DNA of 64,000 nt from an uncultured delta proteobacterium (lineage in GTDB: Bacteria; Myxococcota_A; Polyangia; Polyangiales; JAFGIB01), in the NCBI GenBank assembly GCA_963778655.1, contig CAVZVA010000003.1, positions 192,001-256,000 on the forward strand, in the 5' to 3' direction. Below the pieces are notes generated by a model, which saw nothing but the letters and a program-made list of their open reading frames with translations, made no database searches and had not been told where the DNA came from. Below, piece after piece: positions 11,766 to 23,615 of this stretch (position 1 is the stretch's first letter; the number at the start of each line of letters is the position of its first letter). Position numbers and translations under genes: made by a program.

Positions 11766-13041
11766 TCAGGCGGCGTGCCGCGCGTTCTCCAGCCCCAGGC
11801 GGCGCTGCAACTCGCCGCGCAGCTTGCGAAGCGCCATCTCCTGAAGCTGGCGGATCCGCTCGCGCGACAGGTTGTACTTGCAGCCGACCTCTCGCAGCGT
11901 GTGCCCTTCCCCCCCGTCGAAGCCGAAGCGCAGCCGCAGCACGTCGGCCTCGATCGGCGAGAGCGCGCCCATGAGCTGGGCGACCTCGTCGGCGAAGCGC
12001 GCGAGGTCGAGCCTGTCGTCGAGCTCCACCTCGATCGGTGCTGCAATGACCTGGTGCGGGCTGCGCTCGCCGTCCTCGGCGGACACGGGGTCGATCGACA
12101 CCGGTCGCGAGAGCGCGCGCTGCTCGCGCAGGGCTTCGAGCTTGTCCAGCGAGAAGCCGGTGCGACCCGCCAGCGCGGCGTCGCTAGCGACGCCGCCGGT
12201 GCTGCTCTCGATCGCCGCTTGCGCGCGCGCCACGCGCTGCAAGGCGTCGAGCGTGTGGACCGGGATGCGCACGAGCCTGCCCTTGTCGGAGAGCGCTCGG
12301 TTGACATAGTGGCGGATCCACCACACCGCGTAGGTACTGAAGCGCACTCCACGGCTGCGGTCGAAGCGCTCCACCGCCTGGATCAGCCCGAGGTTGCCCT
12401 CCTGAACCAGATCGGCCAGCGGCAGCAGGCTGCGCTCGTAGCGATGGGCGACCGAGAGCACCAACCGCAGGTTCGCGGTGACGAAGCGGTTCTTCGCCTC
12501 TCGCTGGGCCCCGCGGGCGCGCGCCACCCGGGCCAAATAGCGGGCCGCGCCCGGAACGCCCGCGAAGGCTTCGCGCGCGGCCGCGTCCGCCGCCTTGAGC
12601 GCCGCCCCGTCGGCATCGAGCGCCGCCAGCCGCGGCGCGACCATATCCGCGCCCCGGCGCGGGCTGCCCGCCTCGCGTTGCGTGCTGCGCGCACGCCGGG
12701 GCGCCGGCTTGCGCAGCGGTGCGCCGCGCTTGGCCAGCGCGCGGAGGCGTGCGGCCGACGCCGGCTGCAGCGACTCGAGCGCGGTGGCAATCACGGCCAG
12801 CGCCGGGCGGTGGCTCAACAGCGCACGCCAGTGCTCCATCTCCAGCGCCTCGAATCTCGCGCGCCAACTCGCTTTCCTGCTCGGAGGAGAGAAGCTCGTG
12901 TCCTTGCAACTCGCCGTAGTAACGCTGCAGCACATCGGCGCTACCGGGGAGCCGCACCGCGCGCGCCGCTGCCGCCAGCCTTCTGGAGCCACGCAGCTCG
13001 CGCCTGTTCGCCTTGCCTGGCTTGACTTGCTCTGGTGTCAC
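11766..13041 (-). pseudogene. sigma-70 family (RpoD/RpoS-like) sigma factor with a single-base frameshift
   Basis: Region 1.2 (DVLQRYYGELQGHELLSSEQESELAREI) is in one frame and regions 2-4 (ANLRLVLSVA, DLVQEGNLGLIQAVERFD, FSTYAVWWIR, TLREVG...LSRERIRQL) in another. Removing one T from GAGATTCGAG at about 12853 restores EIEALEM. Start placed at GTG 13041 after GAGGA. Confidence 0.8.
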
Positions 13042-13246
13042 CGTGTCGTCCTCGCGGCGGCGCGCATTCTCGGCAAGCACCCGCACCGCGCGCTGCGCGG
13101 GTCCGTACCACCAACATGGCCATCACAGGGTCCATGTCAACGTCCGCGCTTCCCCCACTTCTGGCGGTCAACGATCTGGTCGCGGCAGGGCCGGCAGTGA
13201 CGTTGGGGTAGCTTGACGCGCTCCAAGCTGGGGATAGGCATCCAAC

Positions 13247-15448
13247 ATGGTCTACACGGCCAAAGCGCTCGCTCCCGCGGCCGGCGCGCTGTGCGCTGCG
13301 GCGTGTTGCGCGCTCGGCGCGTGCGCGGCCGGCGGCCTGCCCCGCCTCGAGCTGAGCTGCGCCGCCGACGATTCCGGCGACGCTCCTGTGCTGACCGCGC
13401 TGGCGCGACTGACCGACGGAAGCGCGCTCGGCGAGCCGGTCGCGGTAACGATCGCCATCGCCGACCAGACGCACACCTTCAGCGTGCAGGGCGGGCACGG
13501 CCAGGGCCTGGGCAGCTTCAGCGGCGTGCCCGTGTCCGCCGGCAGCGTGCTTCACGCGAGCGCACGTACGCCGGACGGCGTCGACGTGCAGGCCACATGC
13601 AGGGTCGCGACCGAGCTGGCGCCCCCGGATCCGGCTGCGCAGGCAACCCCGAGCGGCGCGCGCGTGAGCTGGCCAAGCGTCCACGGCGCCAGGCTGTATC
13701 GCGTGACCGCGCTCGATTTCACCAACGGCACCACGCTCGCCAGCGCCACCGTCGGTGACGGCGCCTCGCCGGTCGCGCTGGCCTTCTCCAAGCCGGCCGA
13801 TCACGTGGCGGTGGTGGAGCTGGTGGCCGATGCGGTGGACCCGGCTAGGGACCAGCCCGTGCCGCTGCCTGCGCCCGCCCGCTCGCGCAAGCAGGTGCTG
13901 TTGACCGCGGGCAGCGACGGCGGCTCGGGGGCCGCGTGGCAGCTCTTTGGTCCCGGCGACTTTGTGGACGGCACGCTGCAGATCGCCTTCGCCGACCTCG
14001 GCAGCGACGAGCACGTGGCCCTCGTGCTGGCCAACGCGGGCGGCAGCGACTCCAACGCCGAGGGCGGATCCGATGGCGGAGTGCCCGCGGCCAGCGTGAG
14101 CGTCACCGGCACCGGCGCGCCGCTTGCGGGTGGAGCGGTGGCCGTGGCCTTGAGCATGGGTACCGCCCAGCAAGTCGACCTCGGCACCGAAGAGCCTGCG
14201 CGCGAGCGACAACGCCAAGCCGAGGCGGCGATTCTCGGCCGCAGCAAGCCGCGGCCGGAGATCGCGGCGGGCGCGGCGCCAAAGGTGGGCGACCGTCACG
14301 CCTTCTGTGTATGCGATTGGTCGAGCGGCGCGTGCGCGAGACAGCGCCGAGCCCAGGCCACGGTCAGGTTTCGCAGCCCGCACGCGGCGTTCTTCGTGGA
14401 CGACGCAGCACAAGCCGGTTTCGACGACGCGATCGCGAACGGATTCCCCAGCCTCTGGCAGGATCTCGGCAACGTCTACGAGACGCAGGTGTTGCCGGCC
14501 ATCGAGGGAGCGTTCGGCACGCCCACCGACGTGAACCAGGACGGAGTCATGTGGTTGCTGTTCGCCGATCTCGGGCCGAGCTCCGGCGAAGGCATGATGA
14601 TCGGCAACTTCGACGTCCACGACGCCTACTACCCTTCCGACACCACCCCGGACTGCAGCGGTGAGGGCGAAGGCCGCGGCTCCAACGGCGCCGACCTCTT
14701 GTACCTGCGCGACCTCGCCAGTTTCGTCAGCGAGGGCGGTGCGGACTTCACCCCAGAGCGTGTGCTCGGTGAGCTCTACCCCAACAGCATGGCCCACGAG
14801 CTGCAGCACGACATCAACTTCAACGTCCATTGGCGGCTCGGCCGAGCGATGCAAGGTCCGGTGGCAGAAGAGAGCTGGCTCGACGAAGGGCTCTCAATGG
14901 TCGCCGAGGACGTCGCTGGCTATGGGCTTGCACGGCCCGCTGCACGCAACTCCATTCGGCGCTATCTGCAGCGGTATCCCGGCTTCAGCCTGACGTCCTG
15001 GGATGGCGACGTCTACGGCAACTACGGCGGTGCGCATGCCTTCTTGCGCTACTTCATGGACCGCCAGGGCGACCAGCTCGCACGCCGACTCGAAAACGCG
15101 GCCCTTACCGGAAAGGCGAGCTTCGAAGCCGCGACCGGGCTTCCCTTCGCTCTGGCCCTCGCTCGGTTCGCGACTGCTTCGCTGTTCTCCAACGAGCCGT
15201 TCTCGCCCGATCCCGGCTTCGACTACACGGGCCCAAGCTGGACCCCGTGGTACAGCGCGGTCGGGCCGGCGCGCTACCAGGTGCTCGAGCCCCATCAGCC
15301 GGGCACGGTGTACAGCCTGCGCACGGATGGCTGGACCAGCTATGTGACGGGCACCGGCAGCGGGGGCCCGGTCGTAATCTCGGTCCACAGCGAGGCCGCG
15401 CTGCGCCCTTACGTCGTGGCGGTCCGCTTCAAAGGCGAGCTGCCCTGA
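13247..15448 (+). CDS. secreted, possibly lipid-anchored zinc metallopeptidase (M30/hyicolysin-like)
   Basis: Ala/Cys-rich signal peptide; FGTPTDVNQDG, NGADLLYL, MAHELQHDINF (HExxH), WLDEGLSMVAED, GNYGGAHAFLRY. Confidence 0.7.
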   Translation: MVYTAKALAPAAGALCAAACCALGACAAGGLPRLELSCAADDSGDAPVLTALARLTDGSALGEPVAVTIAIADQTHTFSVQGGHGQGLGSFSGVPVSAGSVLHASARTPDGVDVQATCRVATELAPPDPAAQATPSGARVSWPSVHGARLYRVTALDFTNGTTLASATVGDGASPVALAFSKPADHVAVVELVADAVDPARDQPVPLPAPARSRKQVLLTAGSDGGSGAAWQLFGPGDFVDGTLQIAFADLGSDEHVALVLANAGGSDSNAEGGSDGGVPAASVSVTGTGAPLAGGAVAVALSMGTAQQVDLGTEEPARERQRQAEAAILGRSKPRPEIAAGAAPKVGDRHAFCVCDWSSGACARQRRAQATVRFRSPHAAFFVDDAAQAGFDDAIANGFPSLWQDLGNVYETQVLPAIEGAFGTPTDVNQDGVMWLLFADLGPSSGEGMMIGNFDVHDAYYPSDTTPDCSGEGEGRGSNGADLLYLRDLASFVSEGGADFTPERVLGELYPNSMAHELQHDINFNVHWRLGRAMQGPVAEESWLDEGLSMVAEDVAGYGLARPAARNSIRRYLQRYPGFSLTSWDGDVYGNYGGAHAFLRYFMDRQGDQLARRLENAALTGKASFEAATGLPFALALARFATASLFSNEPFSPDPGFDYTGPSWTPWYSAVGPARYQVLEPHQPGTVYSLRTDGWTSYVTGTGSGGPVVISVHSEAALRPYVVAVRFKGELP

Positions 15449-15500
15449 GCCAGCCTTGTCAGGATCTCGTCAGATCGGTGCTGCGCCCGCAGCGTAGTCG

Positions 15501-15806
15501 CTAGTGCAGCGCGCCGATTACCGCGTCCTGCGCTACCAGCTCGTAGCGATCGAAGGCGTTGCGCACCGCCAGGATGACGTCCGGGTCGTGCTCGCTCACC
15601 ACCACCGAACCCGGCCCTTCCAGCCGCACCTCATGCGTGTCGAGGTCTCCCCCGGGCCTGCTTTCCACCACCACGGTGAGCGGGCCTTGCAGCCAGCGCT
15701 CCTTGGCGCAGCGCTGGGCGAAGTACAGGATTTCCTCCGAAGGAGGATGCTGAACGAAGCGAACCGTGACCTCGCCGAGGCGTTCACGCTGTCTCTGGAT
15801 CGGCAT
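15501..15806 (-). CDS. small protein, divergent HPF/RaiA (ribosome hibernation factor)-like
   Basis: [29 protein letters not shown] resembles the HPF C-terminal strand/helix (V...D.Y.A+..AFD); GGAAGGGG upstream of ATG 15806. Confidence 0.5.
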   Translation of the reverse strand: MPIQRQRERLGEVTVRFVQHPPSEEILYFAQRCAKERWLQGPLTVVVESRPGGDLDTHEVRLEGPGSVVVSEHDPDVILAVRNAFDRYELVAQDAVIGALH

Positions 15807-16242
15807 GATCGTCCCCTTCCCCATGTTGCGTATTGACTGCGGCACGACGCCCGAACCTTCGCGCCGACTGGGTCAACCCCCAGTTCGCCCGAAATATTCC
15901 CGCGGGGGCGCAGCGCAAGTCGGGCCGTCAACCGCGCCAGTGGAACGATCGACTAACGCTCAGGCCCAGCGCCCGCGCGGCCTGCTCGTACAGCGGCGCG
16001 CCGGGCTGGCTGTCCGCGGAGGGGCAGCACCGGCAGCGCGCACGCGGTCTCGCTCGTGCGGTCGGGGCGCGGGCGCCCGGCCAGGGACCAACAGCCCCCG
16101 CCACCAGCGCATGGGCGGTCGCACCTCGCATGCGGCCCACCACCCTGACATGGCCCCGCGCGGGCCCCGCGCAGCGCTTGACGCCCGCCGGCCGGGGCCT
16201 ATTTCGATCCACGCAGCGCGGCGAAAGCGTTTACCCCTCGCC

Positions 16243-17999
<1,757 letters not shown>

Positions 18000-18003
<4 letters not shown>

Positions 18004-18980
18004 GCGACCTCGACATCACCCGCGAGCACGCGCTCGAGCTGCTGCATCAGATGCTGCGCATCCGCCGCTTCGAGGAGAAGGCGGCCGAGCTCTACACGCA
18101 GCAGAAGATCCACGGCTTCCTGCACCTGTACGTGGGCGAGGAGGCGGTCGGGGTGGGCGCGATGGGCGCGTTGACGCCGGACGACGCGGTGGTGACGACC
18201 TACCGCGAGCACGGTCACGCGCTGGTGCGCGGCATTCCCGCGGCCGCGATCATGGCGGAGATGTACGGCAAGGCCAACGGCTGCGCGCGCGGCCGCGGCG
18301 GCTCGATGCACCTGTTCGACGCGCAGCGGCGCTTCTACGGCGGCTACGCGATCGTGGCCGGCGGGCTGCCGGTAGCGGTGGGCCTGGCGCTCGCGGACAA
18401 GCTGCAGAACAGGCGGCGCGTAACCGCATGCTTCTTCGGCGACGGCGCGACCGACGAGGGCGAGTTTTGCGAGTCGCTGAACCTCGCGGCGCTGTGGCAG
18501 CTGCCGGTGCTGTTTCTGTGCGAGAACAACCTGTACGCTATGGGGACTGCGCTTGCGCGCCACGCCGCGGACGTGGAGCTCAGCCACCGCCCGGCCGCCT
18601 TCGGCATCCCTGCCGAGAAGATCGACGGCATGGACGTGCTCGCCGTGGAGCGCGCCACTCACTACGCGGCCGAGATGGTGCGCGCGGGCGGCGGGCCGCG
18701 CTTCCTGGAGCTGCGCACTTACCGCTTCCGCGCGCACTCGATGTACGACGCGGAGCGCTACCGGAGCAAAGCAGAAGTGGCGGAATGGAAGAAGCGAGAC
18801 CCGATCGATGCCTGGGTCGCGCGCCTGCGCGACGCCGGCCTGCTCGGCGACGCCGACCTCGAAGGCTTCGAGCGCGCGGTCGCCGCCGAGATCGAGCAGG
18901 CGGTGCAGGCGGCCGAGCAGGGGCCGTGGGAGCCCGAGGCCGAGCTCACGCGCTTCGTGTACTCGGAGAAGCAATCATGA
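18000..18980 (+). CDS. pdhA: pyruvate dehydrogenase E1 alpha subunit
   Basis: [35 protein letters not shown] motif FFGDGA...[16 protein letters not shown] overlaps the acsA stop. Confidence 0.92.
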
Positions 18981-19969
18981 GCCCGCGCACCACAACCTAC
19001 CGCGAGGCGATCCGCGCGGCGTTGCGCAAGGCGCTCGGCGCCGATCCGCGCGTGTTTCTGATGGGCGAGGACGTGGGCCGCTACGGCGGCGCGTACGCGG
19101 TCAGCAGCGGGCTGCTGGAGGAGTTCGGGCCCGAGCGCATCCGCGACACGCCGCTGTGCGAGTCGACCTTCCTCGGCGCAGGCATCGGCGCAGCGCTCGG
19201 CGGCATGCGGCCGATCGTGGAGATCATGACCGTCAACTTCAGCCTGCTCGCGATCGATCAGATCGTGAACAACGCCGCGGCGCTGTCTCATATGTCGGGC
19301 GGCCAGTTGCACGTGCCGCTGGTCGTGCGCATGGCCACCGGCGGCGGCAAGCAGCTCGCTGCGCAGCATTCGCACAGCCTGGAGAACTGGTACGCCTCGA
19401 TTCCCGGTATCAAGGTGCTGGCGCCGAGCACAGCGCAGGACGGCTACGACATGCTGCTGTGCGCGCTCGCCGAGCCCGACCCGGTGGTGATCTTCGAGCA
19501 CCAGGTGCTGTACGCGGCCGAAGGCGAGCTGGAAGAGGCCCCCTCGCAAGCGCCCGACGTGTGGTGCTCGCTCTTGCGGCGCGAAGGACGCGACCTGACC
19601 CTGGTCAGCTACGGCGGCAGCGCGCCCAAGGCCCTGGGCGCGGCTGCCGAGCTCGCCGGCAAAGGCATCGAGGCGGATGTGATCGAGCTGCGCTGCCTGC
19701 GGCCGCTCGATCTCGCGCCCGTGCTGCAATCGCTGGCGCGCACGCACCGGTTGCTGGTGGTGGACGAAGGCTGGCGTAGCGGCAGTCTGGCGGGCGAGGT
19801 CATCGCGCAGGTGGTCGAGCGCGGCTTCTACGATCTGGACGCAGCGCCCGTGCGCGTGTGCAGCGCCGAGGTCCCCATCCCCTATGCTGCCCACCTCGAG
19901 CGCGCCGCCTTGCCGCAGGTCGAGGGCATCGTGCGCGAGGCTGTCGAGCTGGTCGGGCGCAATGGCTGA
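18977..19969 (+). CDS. pdhB: pyruvate dehydrogenase E1 beta subunit
   Basis: [53 protein letters not shown] overlap. Confidence 0.92.
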   Translation: MSPRTTTYREAIRAALRKALGADPRVFLMGEDVGRYGGAYAVSSGLLEEFGPERIRDTPLCESTFLGAGIGAALGGMRPIVEIMTVNFSLLAIDQIVNNAAALSHMSGGQLHVPLVVRMATGGGKQLAAQHSHSLENWYASIPGIKVLAPSTAQDGYDMLLCALAEPDPVVIFEHQVLYAAEGELEEAPSQAPDVWCSLLRREGRDLTLVSYGGSAPKALGAAAELAGKGIEADVIELRCLRPLDLAPVLQSLARTHRLLVVDEGWRSGSLAGEVIAQVVERGFYDLDAAPVRVCSAEVPIPYAAHLERAALPQVEGIVREAVELVGRNG

Positions 19970-21317
19970 GTTCCTCATGCCCGCCCTGGGCGCCGACATG
20001 GAAGCCGGCACGCTGGCGGCCTGGCGTTGCAAGCCGGGCGATCGGCTGGAGCGCGGGGACATCATCGCGGAGGTGGAGACCGACAAGGGCATCATCGAGG
20101 TCGAGGTCTACACGCCGGGCGTGGTCGAGCGCTTCCTGGTCGAGCCCGGACGCAAGCTGCCGGTCGGCACGCCGCTGGCCGTGCTGCGCGACGACGAGCC
20201 CGCGCCCGCGGCTCAGCAGCCCGCTGCCGTGGTCTCTGTGCTGCCAAGCGCGCAGCCCGCCACGTCGGCCGCGACGGCGCAGGCCGGCGCGGCCGAGCGG
20301 AAGGTGCCGCGCGCATCGCCGTCGGCGCGCCAGCGCGCGCGCGAGCTCGGGGTCAATCTCGCAGCCTTGCCGGCACCCGGCGGCCACGCCTTGACCGCAC
20401 AAGACGTGGAGCGCGCGGCGCGCGAGGCCGGCGCCGCTGGGACCCGCGCCGGAGCTGCGCCGGCCACCGGCCTCCACGCGGCCGCGGGCTCACGGCGGCG
20501 CGTGTCGCCGGTTGCGCGCCGTCGCGCCCGCGAGCTGGGCGTCGATCTGGCGACGTTGCGCGGCAGCGCCAAGGACGACGGTGCGATCGGGCTCACGGAC
20601 GTGGAACGCGCCGCGGCAGGGCCGGGCGGCACGCCCGGCGCTGCGTCCGATCGGCAGCGCGCGCTGCGGCGCGCGATCGCCGCGAGCATGGCGCGGGCCA
20701 AGCGCGAGATCCCGCACTACTACCTGAGCACCACCGCCGATCTCGGCACCGCCAGCGCATGGCTCGACGCGCGCAACGCCGAGCGCAGCGTGCGCGAACG
20801 CCTGCTGCTGGGCGCGCTGTTCCTGAAGGCGGTCGCGCTCGCGGCCAAGCGCATGCCGGACTTCAATGCGCGCTTCGAGGATGGGCAGGCGCGGCCGTGC
20901 CCGGAGGTGCACCTGGGCGTGGCGATCGCGCTGCGCGGCGGCGGGCTGATCGCGCCCGCTATCCACAACGCCGACGCGTTGCAGCTCGGCGCGCTGATGG
21001 ACGCGCTGCAGGACCTGGTGGCGCGCGCGCGCACCGGTGCGCTGCGCAGCTCGGAGCTGAGCGACGGCACGCTGACCGTGACCAGCCTGGGCGAGCGCGG
21101 CGTCGAGAGCGTGTTTCCCATCATCTACCCACCGCAGACGGCGATCGTGGGCTTCGGACGCGTGGTGCAACGGCCGTGGGTGGTGGCCGGCGCGGTCGCG
21201 CCACGCCCGGTCGTCACCATCACCCTGGCCGCCGACCACCGCGTGACCGACGGCCACTACGGGGCACGATTTCTGGCCCTGATCGACAACCTCCTGCAGG
21301 AGCCCGACGCGCTATGA
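19962..21317 (+). CDS. pdhC: dihydrolipoamide acyltransferase E2
   Basis: Lipoyl domain MPALGADM...EVETDKG, two subunit-binding repeats ([14 protein letters not shown] and [14 protein letters not shown]), catalytic AADHRVTDG. Confidence 0.9.
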   Translation: MAEFLMPALGADMEAGTLAAWRCKPGDRLERGDIIAEVETDKGIIEVEVYTPGVVERFLVEPGRKLPVGTPLAVLRDDEPAPAAQQPAAVVSVLPSAQPATSAATAQAGAAERKVPRASPSARQRARELGVNLAALPAPGGHALTAQDVERAAREAGAAGTRAGAAPATGLHAAAGSRRRVSPVARRRARELGVDLATLRGSAKDDGAIGLTDVERAAAGPGGTPGAASDRQRALRRAIAASMARAKREIPHYYLSTTADLGTASAWLDARNAERSVRERLLLGALFLKAVALAAKRMPDFNARFEDGQARPCPEVHLGVAIALRGGGLIAPAIHNADALQLGALMDALQDLVARARTGALRSSELSDGTLTVTSLGERGVESVFPIIYPPQTAIVGFGRVVQRPWVVAGAVAPRPVVTITLAADHRVTDGHYGARFLALIDNLLQEPDAL

Positions 21318-21571
21318 CCCAAGACGAGCTACGCGGCGTGGTACTGCACGCGCTCGGCGCCATCGCACCCGAAGCCGATCTCGAGCAGCTCGACCCCGGC
21401 GAGGACGTGCGCGACGCGCTCGACCTCGACTCGATGGACGTGCTGCGCTTCGCCACCGCGTTGCACGACCAGCTCCACGTGGACATCCCCGAATCGGCCT
21501 ACAGCGAGATCACCACGGTCACGGGCTGCGTCGACTATCTGGGCAGGGCGCTCGGTCGAGCGGCCAAGTAG
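21314..21571 (+). CDS. acyl carrier protein
   Basis: 85 aa, acidic, LDLDSMD phosphopantetheine site and VDIPE motif; ATGA overlap with the E2 stop. Hidden at the C-terminus of ORF 20027..21571. Confidence 0.85.
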   Translation: MTQDELRGVVLHALGAIAPEADLEQLDPGEDVRDALDLDSMDVLRFATALHDQLHVDIPESAYSEITTVTGCVDYLGRALGRAAK

Positions 21572-21655
21572 CGCTCCGAAGCCTGAATCAGGTTGTTTCT
21601 TCCGTCTTCCCGCCTTGCTGTGGCGCGCCGCGATGGAGGCGCGCGCGTTTTGTCG

Positions 21656-21684
21656 TGACCCGTTGGCCACGCGGGCCCCCACCA
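21656..21684 (+). promoter_or_regulatory. putative alternative-sigma promoter TGACCC-N17-CCACCA upstream of the SSS symporter
   Basis: The same bipartite motif occurs upstream of the GH94, GH9 and CBM11-like genes. Confidence 0.55.
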
Positions 21685-21709
21685 GAGCACGGACGAGGGG
21701 CCCCGCCGC

Positions 21710-23548
21710 GTGTTGTTGCAACCGCTAGATCTTGCGATCGTGGCCGCGTACTTCGCGCTGATGCTGGGGCTCGGCGTGCTGGCCGAGAAGCAGGCTGCGC
21801 GCGGCATGGACGCCTACTTTCTGGGGGAAAACCGCATCCCCTGGTGGGTGCTGAGCCTCTCCAACGCCGCCTCGATGTTCGACATCTCGGGCACGATGTG
21901 GCTGGTCTACCTGCTGTTCGTCTACGGCCTCAAGAGCGTGTTCATCCCCTGGCTGTGGCCGGTCTTCAACCAGGTGTTCCTGATGGTGTACCTGTCGGCC
22001 TGGCTCAGGCGCTCGGCGGCGGTCACCGGCGGCGAGTGGATCACCCTGCGCTTCGGCCCGGGGCGCGGTGCCGAGGCGGCGCGGCTCAGCGTGGTGTTCT
22101 TCGCCATCGCCAGCGTGGTCGGCTTCACCAGCTACGCCTTCGTGGGCATCGCCAAGTTCACGGCCGTGTTCCTGCCCAAGACGCTCTCACCCAACGCCTA
22201 CGGGGCGATCATCGTCGCGATCACCACGCTCTATACCGTGGTCGGCGGTCTTTACAGCGTCGTGCTCACCGACCTGGTGCAGTACGTGATCATGACGGTG
22301 GCCTGCCTGGCGATCGCCTGGATCGCGATGCACCGGGTGGATCCGGCAACGCTCGCGTCGGCGGTTCCCGCCGGCTGGGACGACATCCGCTTCGGCTGGA
22401 GGCTCGACCTCGACTGGAGCAGCCTGCTGCCGGCGGTGGCCAAGCGCATCGACTCCGACGGCTACCAGCTGTTCGGCGCGCTGGTTGCGATGATGCTGTT
22501 CAAGGGCGCGCTGGTGAGCGCTGCGGGCCCTGCGCCCAACTACGACATGCAGCGCATCCTCGCCACGCGCAACCCGCGCGAGGCCTCGTTGATGAGCGGC
22601 TTCGTCTCGGTGGTGCTGTTCTTCCCGCGCTACCTGATGATCGCGGGCATCACGGTGCTGGCACTGGTGTTCCTGCGGCCCGAGATCGCGCGCTCCGGCG
22701 CGGACTTCGAGCAGGTGCTGCCGCGGGTGATCCACGAGTTCGTCCCGGTCGGCCTGTCTGGGCTGCTGATCGCGGGCTTGCTGGCCGCGTTCATGTCGAC
22801 CTTCGCCGGCACCATCAACGCCGCAGCGGCCTATCTGGTCAACGACCTGTGCAAGCGCTATCTGTGGCCCGACGCGTCACCGCGCGCCTACGTACGCATG
22901 AGCTACGCGGCCTCGCTGCTGGTGGTGCTGGTCGGCTGCGGCTTCGGCCTGCTCACGGACTCGATCAACGCGGTCACGGTCTGGATCGTGGCGGCGCTGT
23001 GGGGCGGCTACGCCGCGCCCAACGTGCTCAAGTGGCATTGGTGGCGCATGAACGGCTACGGCTACTTCTGGGGCATGGTGTCGGGCATCGCCGGTGCGCT
23101 GGTGTTGGCCGCGCTGCCCGAGCTCTCGCCGATCCAGGCATTCCCGCTGCTGTTCGCGGTCTCGCTGGCCGGCGCGGTCGCCGGCTCGCTGCTCACGGCG
23201 CCCGACGACGAGCACGTGGTGATGGAGTTCTATCGGCGCACGCGGCCCTGGGGCTTGTGGAAGCCGATCCGCGAGCGGGTCGAACGCCTCCACCCGACGC
23301 TGCAGCGCGCGAGCGCAGCGCGCGACCTTTGCAACGTGGCGCTAGGGCTGGTGTGGCAGACCGCGCTGGTCGCGCTCGCCATCTACATCGTGATCCGGCG
23401 CTTCGACGCCGCCCTCGTCTGCCTGCTGCTGGTCGGCCTGACCAGCGCGGTGCTCAAGCGCACCTGGTACGATGCGCTCGAGCGCGAAGCGCCGGCGAAC
23501 GCCGGCCAGGTGCCGGCCGACGCCCCGGCGCGGTTAGAGCCGCGCTGA
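21710..23548 (+). CDS. sodium:solute symporter (SSS), probably for a sugar
   Basis: Many TM helices; AYFLGENRIPWW, YTVVGGLYSVVLTDLVQ, MQRILAT, GLLAAFMST. Confidence 0.88.
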   Translation: MLLQPLDLAIVAAYFALMLGLGVLAEKQAARGMDAYFLGENRIPWWVLSLSNAASMFDISGTMWLVYLLFVYGLKSVFIPWLWPVFNQVFLMVYLSAWLRRSAAVTGGEWITLRFGPGRGAEAARLSVVFFAIASVVGFTSYAFVGIAKFTAVFLPKTLSPNAYGAIIVAITTLYTVVGGLYSVVLTDLVQYVIMTVACLAIAWIAMHRVDPATLASAVPAGWDDIRFGWRLDLDWSSLLPAVAKRIDSDGYQLFGALVAMMLFKGALVSAAGPAPNYDMQRILATRNPREASLMSGFVSVVLFFPRYLMIAGITVLALVFLRPEIARSGADFEQVLPRVIHEFVPVGLSGLLIAGLLAAFMSTFAGTINAAAAYLVNDLCKRYLWPDASPRAYVRMSYAASLLVVLVGCGFGLLTDSINAVTVWIVAALWGGYAAPNVLKWHWWRMNGYGYFWGMVSGIAGALVLAALPELSPIQAFPLLFAVSLAGAVAGSLLTAPDDEHVVMEFYRRTRPWGLWKPIRERVERLHPTLQRASAARDLCNVALGLVWQTALVALAIYIVIRRFDAALVCLLLVGLTSAVLKRTWYDALEREAPANAGQVPADAPARLEPR

Positions 23549-23615
23549 GCAGGCCCGCGGGCGCCGGCCCGGAGCTCGTCCGGACGCGGCGCCGGTCGCA
23601 GATCGCACGCGCACC

